From the NCBI GenBank assembly GCA_951406725.2, contig OX597820.1:104346001-104410000 (forward strand): DNA of 64,000 nt, in the 5' to 3' direction. The stretch is from Octopus vulgaris. Taxonomy: Eukaryota. Under the pieces are notes generated by a model. That model was given only the letters and a program-made list of their open reading frames with translations, was not told the origin of the DNA and ran no database searches. Shown here piece by piece: positions 13,282-23,800 of the stretch. The position numbers and the translations under genes were made by a program. Within the stretch, counting starts at the first letter, position 1. Every line of letters begins with the position of its first letter.

Positions 13282-14016
13282 ATTTAAAAAAACAATTTTT
13301 TTGTAACTAAACACTATCAAATTTTGGACACTGGTAGAATGTGTCATATAAAACATCTTTTACTCTTAGCATTTTTGAGAAAAGCTTATATTTACGAAGA
13401 TATTTCACCTTAAAGTTCTCATATTTCGGTAATTTCAACCAATCAATGACGTGTATTCAGCTGAATAAAATTACTGCTGTTGTTTGTCAACAACAACTAT
13501 CGGCGGTGTATTTTTCGTTTGTGACTTATTTATTACATCGTTCGTGCGTTTGTACTGGTTTTAGGGTTAGGGTGTTAGGGAAGTTATTGTTGACAAACAA
13601 TGGCAGTAATTTTTTCATTTTTCACTTTTTTCCGTAACTCTAACCCCAAAATCCTAACCCTAAAACTGTAACCTTAACCCTAAAACACTAGCCCTAACCT
13701 TAAAACCCTTACACTAACCCTAAAACCCTAAAGCTAAAACCAGTACAAATGCACGAACGATGCCATAAATAACAGTGACAAACGAAATATACACTGCCGG
13801 AAGTTCTTGTTGACAAACAACGGCAGTAATTTTATCCAGCTGAATACACGTCATTGATTGGTTGAAATTACCGAAATACGAGAACTTTAACATGAAATAA
13901 CTTTGTAAACATAAACTTTTCTCAAAAATGCTAAGAGTAAAAGATGTTTTATATGACACATTCTACCAGTGTCCGAAGTTTGAAAGTGTTTAGTTACAAA
14001 AAATTATTTTTTAAAT
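13282..14016. mobile_element. Foldback/MITE with ~300-bp inverted arms and telomere-like (TTAGGG/CCCTAA) core
   Basis: 13282-~13580 is the reverse complement of ~13715-14016; the ORF track shows near-identical peptides on opposite strands. The centre holds degenerate taaccc units. Confidence 0.85.
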
Positions 14017-14072
14017 CTTTGATTTATCCATGCGGCGCTCCGTACAACCTGTTGTTTACTTTATGTGTGTAT

Positions 14073-14472
14073 ACTCTTTATACTCTTTTACTCTTTTACT
14101 TGTTTCAGTCATTTGACTGCGGCCATGCTGGAGCACCGCCTTTAGTCGATCAAATCGACCCCGGGACTTATTCTTTGTAAGCCCAGTACTTATTCTATCG
14201 GTCTCTTTTGCCGAACCGCTAAGTTACGGGGACGTAAACACACCAGCATCGGTTGTCAAGCAATGCTAGGGGGACAAACACAGACACACACACACATATA
14301 TATATATATACATATATACGACAGGCTTCTTTCAGTTTCCGTCTACCAAATCCACTCACAAGGCATTGGTCGGCCCGGGGCTATAGCAGAAGACACTTGC
14401 CCAAGATGCCACGCAGTGGGACTGAACCCGGAACCATGTGGTTGGTTAGCAAGCTACTTACCACACAGTCAC
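14073..14472 (-). mobile_element. tRNA-derived SINE family A, full-length copy
   Basis: Reverse complement of the copies at 51710-52140 and 57065-57450: A/B-box head (tggctgtgtggtaag...ggttcagtccc), internal microsatellite, (AAAAGAGT)n tail. Confidence 0.85.
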
Positions 14473-14587
14473 TTCAATATATATATTGGTAAAACGGTAA
14501 GATAACAAAAGAAAGAAAGAGACCTCAATATTATGTAAATAGAGGAAATTTATCTATACAATAATATGTTACATTACTCGATAGTCA

Positions 14588-14650
14588 AGATAACACTCTG
14601 AGTTTCAGATGCCGAAGTGGAAATCCACAACACCATCTCTTCGGTTATCT
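14588..14650 (-). ncRNA. Degenerate type-I hammerhead ribozyme motif
   Basis: Minus strand: AGATAA-CCGAAGA-GATG...CATCT-GAAA-CTCAGAG-TG-TTATCT. Perfect 6-bp stem I; core variants U4C and H17=G. Confidence 0.5.
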
Positions 14651-15763
14651 GGCAAATAGCCATAGAGCTCTAAAATGTGAGAGTTAAGGCCCCTGTTGGG
14701 GGTGGGCATCTAAATCTCAACCAGAGAAGTTGAATTGTTGAGAATCTTTTTTACTTGGGTCTTATATCTATTGTTCGAATTTCTTTGAAATAGGAAATAT
14801 ATGTTCACTGGGTTTGTAAAAGAGAGCAAAGCTACAGGAAACCAAAAGACGAATGATCACAATAAGCAGTCAGTTACTCTACCCTAGTTGTTACTACTCC
14901 CAATGTAGGATTCCTCACCATCCAGGTGACAGGCACAGCCGTAAGATGCATTAGGAATCTATAGCAATTGGAAGGGCGTGACCCAACTGAAATAAACATT
15001 AACAACTGTGTAACGTGAGGGCTAAGGAGAAATGAAAGTTGGAGTTTGCAAATGACCACTATACTGATATGTAACTGGACAGAATAAATTTACAATCTAT
15101 AAATGTCTTTGAATAACCAGTCACTCATCTGGGAAGGCCTTGAAATCAATGTCACCATCTGGGGACTATGTGTGACCGAATGATAATAAAAAGACTGAAA
15201 GGAGGTCTGCAATCAAATTACTTTACTCAACACTTTGCAACTGAATCAGTGGAGGCAAAGATGCCTCTCATTTACTTGACAATTTATGCACAACACTGCA
15301 GAAATCACAATGTAAGTGTATGCCAAAGCAAACTCTTACACTGTTGTACCATTGAATTACAAATAATGCTCAACTTTTATGCTCGGGTAACCCTACAGCT
15401 TCCAAGAGCACAACTGTATTCGTTTTTGCTTTGATAAAAATGACAAAATTGTGGGTGTTAAGTCCCCATGGTGGGGTCTTTATAACTTGTAAGAAGATGA
15501 AATTTTATAAATATTACTTCATTTGTGTCTATATTCTATGGTTAAAATTTCCTCAACAGCAAAAATATATGAATTGTCATGGGGTTTATGGCCCTTATGC
15601 ATTGAATATAATTTCCAAATTTCATAAAGATCCATTCAGTACTTTTGACCTAGTTTTGGATAAAAAAAGAAATGACTAAAATTTGGGAGTGAAGGTTCCC
15701 ATTAGGGTTTCAGTCGAGTGTATTGGCATTAATGTGGTAACATCTGAAATGTTGTCGTGGTAT

Positions 15764-15845
15764 ATGTTTGGCTGATGAAGATAGATCAAGTTTATGGGTG
15801 CAGACATATCTTGAAAAATCTGAAACCGGCTCCGGTCCCACATTA
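15764..15845 (+). ncRNA. Type-I hammerhead ribozyme with canonical core
   Basis: CTGATGA (15772-15778), stem II AGAT/ATCT with an extended hairpin, GAAA (15822-15825), stem III CCGG-CT-CCGG, GUC cleavage triplet (15835-15837), bulged stem I atgtttgg/ccacat. Confidence 0.75.
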
Positions 15846-16029
15846 TCCTTTTCTAGGTATTTCATCTTTCAGATGTTCTTCCTGGAGGTAAGACAATTTT
15901 TTTCAAGTTTGCTGCACTCACGCATTTTTGCTAGTACATACGCGGTGAAGCTATACATTAGCGTCGTATTATTACGTTCGCTATTTCCAGTAAATATCGG
16001 TACTTTGTTGTGCCATATATTTACTTCTT

Positions 16030-16098
<69 letters not shown>

Positions 16099-16195
16099 CG
16101 GGAAGCTTTATGAAAATAGACAAAAGACGAAGGCAGGTGGAAAACAAACGAACAATTGTATTAGTATGGCGCTCAGGAAATATAAATAAAACAAG

Positions 16196-16233
16196 TCTTT
16201 AACGTTTCGAGCCTACGCTCTTCAACAGAAAGA
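16196..16233 (-). ncRNA. Minimal hammerhead motif (one core substitution) in a short (TA)n-flanked element at ~16097-16305
   Basis: Minus strand: TCTTT-CTGTTGA-AGAGC-GTAG-GCTC-GAAA-CG-TT-AAAGA. Confidence 0.6.
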
Positions 16234-16642
16234 TACACAGAGAGACAAAAAACACAGAAAGAAGGAGAGAGAAAAAATGTGTGCAGTAGCTAACGAATCA
16301 ACATGATATATATATATATATATATTGTTATATTTCGGAATGGTCATATTGCCAGTTTAGCCATTCCGAAATATAACAATATCTGTTTCAACACACGACT
16401 TGGGCAAACAAAAATATGAGACACAGCCTAGTACTTTTTTTATGTTGATAAGCTTGGTACTTATTGTATTAGTTTGTTCTTGTGAAACTAGTAAGTTAAG
16501 TGGATGTAAATAAATGAACAGCAGTTGTGAAGCAGTGATGAGGGCAAAACACAGAGACAAAGACACACACATTCATTTACATATATACATACATCTATAT
16601 ACGATTGATTTGTTTCAGTTCCTGTCTACGAAATCCATATAT

Positions 16643-18928
16643 ATTGTTGCTGGCATCATTTTTGTCTCAGGAGACAGTGGAGTTGCGCATAAAATAATCT
16701 AGTTCGGCTTTTACACTTCATGTCCTAATACATCTCCTGCTGTGGCTATGTAGTCCTATCCTGGACAAACACTCCCTCTGGCAGGTGCCGCAAATGTAGC
16801 GAAGGCTTTGCCTGGCTGGTTGTAATGTCATATTTTCTTGTTGATGTCTTTTCTTGTCTTTCCATTTCTCCTCTCTATGTCACTCTTTGTGTTCCCTCTT
16901 TTATGGTACGACGCCAATCTCTACAGTTGCTGGCAACTGCTTCCCAGTTGGTAATATTGATGTTGCAGGCATTCATGTCCCTTTTGCAAACATCCTTGTA
17001 TCGTAAGAACGGTCTTCCCACAGACCTAGTGCCCCTAGCAAGCTCTCCGTAGATTATGTCCTTGGGGATTCTGCCATCTTCCATACGGCTAACATGTCCA
17101 AGCCATCTCATACGTCTTTGTGTGAGGAGTGCAAACATGCTTGGTATTCCTGCTTGCTTGAGGACATCTTTGTTGCAGACATGATTCTGCCATGTGATGC
17201 GAAGGATTTTCCGGAGGCAGCGCAGGTGAAAGATATTTAGGCGTCGTATGGCGTCGTATGGCGTCCAAGTCTCACTTCCATCCAGTAGAGTGCTAAGTAC
17301 ACATGCCTATTAAATCTTCATTTTTTGGTCTTGGTCAGCTTATTGTTGTCCCATGCCCGTTTGAGTAGTTGGGCCATCACAGCAGCTGCCTTGCCAATGT
17401 GTATATTGAGCTCAGCATCAAAAGATAGGTTGTAGGTGACGGTAGAGCTAAGATAGGTAAACTTCTCCACCTCTTGTAGTCTGTGGTCTCCAATATGTAT
17501 GTTTGGGATGTCCGATGTAGCTTGACCCATGATGTTGGTCTTCTTGAGGCTGATAACTAAGCCAAAGTCGCTACATGCTTGCTCAAAGCAGTTGATGAGC
17601 CTTTGTAGGGCTTCTTTTGTGTGTGATACCAGAGCGGCATCATTAGCAAATAGCACCTCCTTGATTAGGACGCTTCTGATTTTGGTCTTCACACGCAGAC
17701 TCGAGAGATTGAACAGTTTCCCGTCACTTCTACTGTGCAGAAACACTCCATCATCTGATGTCTCAAAGGCATGTGACAGCAGCAGCGAGAAGATGCCAAA
17801 TAATGTAGGAGCAAAAGCACAACCTTGCTTTACCCCGTTTTTTATTTGGAAGGCGGTTGATGTTGAACCATTGTGCTGTATGGTGCCTTGCATATCATCA
17901 CGGAAAGATTTGATGATCCTCAGCAGCTTTGGTGGACATCCGATTTTTGAAGCAGGATGAAGAGGCCTTTTCTACTTATCAAGTCGAAGGCCTTTGTCAG
18001 ATCAATGAAGGCCATATATAATGGCATTTTCTGCTCTCTGGACTTCTCCTGAAGTTGGTGTATGGAGAATACCATGTCAGTAGTTGATCTGCTTCTTCTA
18101 AAGCCACACTGCGATTCTGGATAAATTCGAGAAGCAAGCAGTAGTAGCCTGGATAGGATAACGCGAGCAAAGGCTTTTCCAACCGTGCTTCGAAGAGATA
18201 TTCCACGGTAATTGTTACAATCACCGCGTTCACCTTTGTTTTTGTAAAGCGTAATGATGTTAGCATCCCGCATATCCTGAGGGATTGTACCCTCTTCCCA
18301 GCACTGATACAGAAGCTCATGAAGGTGCCGAAGCAGGATAGTGTTTTTGCCGGTTTGATTATCTCTAAGGGGTTGACGTCTTTTTCCGGAGCCTTGTTAC
18401 TTGCTAGGGAGTCAATAGCCTTGGTGAGCTCTTCTATAGATGGCAGACTGTCAAGTTCATACATGACTGGCAAGATCTTGATACCCTCGATTGCAGCCTC
18501 AGCTGCCATGGTCTCCCGTATGTAGAGATCCTGGTAGTACTCCACCCATCTATCTATTTGCTTGCTTTGGTCCTTGATGAGATCTCCAGTAGTTGATTTC
18601 AGAGGGGCTGACTTGGTTGCGGATGGACTGAGGGCCTTCTTCAAACCGGCATACATCCCATGGGTGTCGCCACTGTCAGCAGCTGACTGGATACTCTGAC
18701 AGATTTCCTGCCAATACCTATTTGCACAGCGTCTGGCAGTCAGTTGGGTTTCATTTCTTGCCTTTCTGAGTTCTTCGAGTGACTTTGTTGAAGAATCACT
18801 CTTGTATTGCATCACAACTGCACGCTTTGTTTCAGTGCTGGGAGCCCAGCACTGAACCAATCTGGGTTTTGCCTTTCTCTCATGCCGAAAGTATCTATTG
18901 ATGTGGTATACAAAGCTTCCCTGATATA
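16643..18928 (-). mobile_element. RTE-clade LINE, 5'-truncated, RT pseudogene
   Basis: ITLYKNKGERGDCNNYRGISL, PESQCGFR..RSTTDMVF, FIDLTKAFD, GVKQGC..APTLF, LFAND (from LFADD), RWLGHVSRM..GRP..RYKD and C-terminal CGTC..SRIGLHSH. Frameshifts and stops present; short 3' stem-loop tgtctc/gagaca. Confidence 0.92.
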
Positions 18929-19003
18929 ATTATATATATACATGTATATCTATAGAAATACATCTATACATATACATGTATACATATACATGTATATATA
19001 TAT

Positions 19004-19071
<68 letters not shown>

Positions 19072-19121
19072 CATATATACATGTATGTATGTATATATAT
19101 ATACATACATCCATATACATA

Positions 19122-19547
19122 CAATAGAGAGCTGTTTTTATTTCACTTTTAACACGTAATACTGAAATAGTGGAGAAGATATGATATTGCTGTGGGCCCG
19201 CCCTAGGCAAGAAGTTAAACATGTTTTTGCCCATGACACTACAAGGACCCTAAGTAAGGCATGTCTAAAATTTGAATGAAATTGGTTGTGTAGTTCTCAA
19301 GTTATAGGGATTCATAGTGGAGAAGATATGATATTGCTGTGGGCCCGCCCTAGGCAAGAAGTTAAACATTTTTTTGCCCATGACACTCCATGGACCCTAA
19401 GTAAGGCATGTGTAAAATTTGAATGAAATTGGTTGTGTAGTTCTCAAGTTTTAGGGATTGACACAGACAGACAGACAGACAGCTGGACAGACAGACAGAC
19501 AGACAGACAGGCAGACACACATTCTCCGCTTTATATATATATAGATA
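19122..19547. mobile_element. HINE/Helentron-like element with two tandem 147-bp core repeats and (GACA)n
   Basis: Unit atagtggagaag...agggatt starts at 19167 and 19314, followed by (gaca)n and a tttatatatatatagat end like the other Helentron-type copies. Confidence 0.6.
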
Positions 19548-19559
19548 TACTATGAAGGG

Positions 19560-20890
19560 ATTAGCATTAGCTAAGGACTTGGAGGAAGCAATGGAATCTG
19601 TCTCTGCAGCTCAGGTGACGGCCAAGAGACTGGCGTTAAACCAGCATCTCGAAGCCCAACATATGGGTTGCATTGTTGGAGCCAGGATTCGTACATTGGT
19701 TGTGAAGGAATCAAGGCAGTAGGATGGGCCCGAGTGGTGGAAGCCCAACGTGGCAATGATGGCACAATTCGATCTTTGATGAACCAAAGAGGTAAGTTGA
19801 TAAACGAGCCAGAGGAGATGCGTAAGATCTTTCAGGAGCACTTCGCCCAGCTTTTCGGGGTGGGAGAAGCGGACCGGACAGTAAGAGAGACCTAACGGAT
19901 TTCCTCACCGGGCTACCGCGCCTCTCAGAGCTTGACGCAGAGTGTTGTGAAGGGCCGATCACGCCTGAGGAGGTAATTGAGGCTATGGGGCACCGCGACG
20001 CGGGTAAGGCACCGGGACTAGATGGTCTACCCTATGAACTGTATAAGAGTATGCCAGACTTATTCGGGCACCTGCTGACGAATGTCTACGCGAACTGGCA
20101 GCAGAATGGGTTCATTCCCAGATCTGTGCGCTAGTGAAGGATGAGGCTTGTCAGAAAGTACCCGAACAATGGGGGACTGCATTGATAATTTTCGGCCCAT
20201 CAATCTGCTACACACAGAGTTGAAGATTTTGGCCAAAGTGTTCTCGAAAAGATTGGCGCGTGCCGCGGATGGCTTGATCGGGAAGGCACAGGCATGTGCC
20301 GTTTCCTGGTAGAACCATTCAGGATAATCTCCATCTTCTACAGTACACCGTAGAAGAGTTTCATACTGATTCTTGCAAGGGAGGGACAGTGGTCGATTTA
20401 GACCAATCAAAGGCTTTTGATAGGGTAGACCATCATTACCTGGTGTCCGTTCTGGCATAGTTCGGCCTGGGTATTAGCTTCTTCAGGTGGATCATTGAAA
20501 TTTATAACAACATCGACTCGGTAGTTCGGGTGAACGGCTTTTTATCTAAGCTGCTCAGCTTCAAACGCTCGGTTCGTCATGAGTGTCCTCTCTGCCCGCT
20601 TTTGTATGTAATGGCTCTTGAGCCATTGCTGCGAAAATTGAGCCAGAGACGGCGGAGGTGGCCAATGTGTTCATCGCATCGGTCATCACCTACCGCCTAA
20701 CCGTCGTTCCCTGCCCTGATTTGTGGTTGAGCAAGCTGGAAAGACAGCTCTTCCGCTTCTTGTGGAAGGGTTCGAATACGCTTGTGAGACGCTCTATTTG
20801 CTGCCAACAGCCGTTAAAGGGTGGGCTACGGATGCCTTGGCTCATGATGCGCAGTCACGCGCTGAGGTTGAGGCATCTGTGGCTCCATCT
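19560..20890 (+). mobile_element. Tx1/L1-clade LINE ORF2 (RT) remnant with internal deletion; ends at the satellite
   Basis: GPITPEEV...GKAPGLDGLPYELY, NFRPINLLHTELKILAKV, DQSKAFDRVDH, SVRHECPLCPLLYVMALEPLLRK and FRFLWKG...PLKGGL. Stops and frameshifts present. Confidence 0.85.
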
Positions 20891-23800
20891 GGAGATAAGA
20901 GTGAGAAAGGCGGAGATAGAGTGACATTGGCGGAGTTTGCCGGAGATTACCGAAGATTGCCGGAGTTTGCCGGAGTTTGCCGGAGTTTGCCGGAGATTAC
21001 CGAAGATTGCCGGAGATATTGCCGGAGATAGCCGGAGATATTACCGGAGATAGCCGGAGATTGCCGGAGATTCCGGAGATAGCCGGAGATTACGGAGATA
21101 GCCGGAGATTGGCGGAATAGCATTTAGGGAGATTTCCCAATAATGCTGGGTGTTAAAACATCTGGGACAGGCTGAGATAGAGTGAGATTGGCGGAGATAG
21201 AGTGAGATAGGCGGAGATAGAGTGAGAGAGGCGGAGATAGAGTGCGATAGGCGGAGATAGAGTGAGATAGGCGGAGATTGGCAGAGATAGAATGAAATAA
21301 AATGAAATAAAATGAATAAGATAAATTAAAAAATGGTAATATTTTTTTAAAAATTGAAATAAACTAAAATAAAATAAAAAAATTAAATTAAATTTAAAAA
21401 GGCAATAAATAATATATAAAACAGAATAAAATAAAATAAAACAAAATAAAAGGAAATAAAATAAAAAATAAAAAATAAAATTAAATAAAATAAAAAAATA
21501 AAATAAAATGAAAACTAAAATAGAAATGAAATTAAATTAAAATAAATTGAAAAAAAAAAAAATAAAAGAAATAAAAAATAAAATAAAATAAAAATATAAA
21601 ATAAAATAAAATAAAAATAAAACCATAAAATAAAATAAAAAAATTAAATAACAAAAAATAAATAATATAAAATACAATAAAAAATAAAATACAATAAAAT
21701 AAAAAATAAAATAAAAAATGAAATAAAATAAAATAAAATAAAAATTTTATTTATTTTATTTTATTCTATTTTATTTTAATTTATTTCATTCCATTTTTTA
21801 TTTCATTTTATTTTACTTTCTTATTTTATTTTTTTATTTTAAAATTTTTTTATTTAAATTAAAATAAAATAAAATAAAATTTTTAAAAATAGTAATAAAA
21901 AATTTTTAAATAAATTTTTTTAATAAAAAGTAAAATATATTTTACTTTCCTATTTTTTATTTTTTATTTTTTCTATCTTTTTAATTTTTTAAATTCTTTT
22001 TTATTATTTTATTTTGATATAGTGAGATAGGTGGAGATAGGCGGACATAGAGTGAGATAGGCGGAGATAGAGTGTGATAGGCGGGGATAAGAGTGAGATA
22101 GGCAGAGGTAGAAAGAGATAGGCGGAGATAGAGTGAGATTGGAGGAGTTTGCCGGATTTTGCCGGAGATTGGCAGAGTTTTCCGGAGGTTGCCGGAGTTT
22201 GCTGGAGATTGTCGAAGCTTGCCGGAAATTGCCGGAGTTTGCCGGAGATTACCGGAGTCTGCTGGAGAGTACCGGAGATACCCGGAGTTTGCCGGAGATT
22301 GCCCGAGTTTACCGGAGGTTGCCGAAGATATCCGGAGATAGCCGGAGATTACTGGAGATTGCCGGAGATAGCCGGAGATTGCCGGAGATTACGGAGAGAG
22401 CCGGAGATTGGCGGAATAGCATTTTGGTAGATCTTCCAATAATGCTGGGTGTTAAAACATCTGGGACAGGCTGAGATAGAGTGAGATAGGCGGAGATAGA
22501 ATGAGATCGGCTGAGATAGAGTGAGATCGGCGGAGATAGAGCGAGAGAGGCGGAGACAGAGTGCGATAGGCGGAGATAGAGTGAGATAGGCGGAGATTGG
22601 CGGAGATTGGTGGAGATTGGCAGAGATAGAATTAGATTGGCGGAGATTGGTGGAGATAGACGGTATAGCATTTTGAGAAATTTCCCAATAATGCTGGGTG
22701 TTAAAACACCTGGGCGAGAGTGAGATAGAGTGAGATAGGCGTAGATAGAGATAGGCGTAGCTTAAGTGAGATAGGCGTAGATACATTGAGATAGGCGGAG
22801 ATAGAGTGAGATTGGCGGAGTTTGCCAGAGATTGCCGTAGATTGGCGGAGTTTGTCGGAAATTGCCGGTGATTGCCGGAGTTTGCCGGAGATTGCTGGAG
22901 TTTGCCGGAGATTGCCAGAGATTACCGGAGTTTACCAGAGTTTGCTAGAGTTTGCCGGAGATTGCCGGAGATAGGCGGATATAGAGTGAGGTTGGCGGAG
23001 ATTGGTGGAGATAGAGTGAGATTGGCGGAGATTGGCGGAGATAGGCGGAGATTCATGAAGATAGGCGGAATAGCATTTTGGGGGATTTCCCAATCATGCT
23101 GGGTGTTTTAAACACCTGGGAGAAAGTGAGATAGAGTGAGGTAGGCAGAGATAGGGTGAGATAGGCGTTAGAGTGCGATAGGCGGAGTTTGCCGGAGATT
23201 GTCAGAGTTTGCCGGAGATTGCCGGAGATGAGCGGAGTTTGCCGTAGTTTGCTGGAGATTACCGGAGATTGCCGGAAATTGCCGGAAATTGCCGTAGATA
23301 GCCGGAGATAGCCGGAGACTGCCGGAGATTGCTGGAGTTTGGCGGAAAAGCATTTTGGGAAATGTCCCAATAATGCTGGGTGTTAAAACACCTGGGAGAA
23401 AGGGGGAGAGTGAGTTAGGCGGAGATTGAGTGAGAGTGAGATAGGCGGAGATAGAGTGAGATATGCGGAGATAAAATAAGATAAAATAAAAAATAAAAAT
23501 AAAATAAAATAAAATAAGTAAAATAAAATAAAATAAAAAATGAAAAAAAATTTTTTTTTAGATTGAAATAAATTAAATTAAAATAAAATTAAAAATGACA
23601 ACAAAAATAGATAAAATAAAAAAAATAAACAAATAAAATAAAATAAAATGAAATAAAATAAAATAAAAAACATAAAATAAAATAAAATAGAAAAATAGAA
23701 TAAAAAAGGATAAAATAAAATAAAAACTAAAATAGAAATAAAGTTAAATTAAAGTGAATTAAAATAAAATGAAATAGAAATAAAATAAAAAATATATAAA

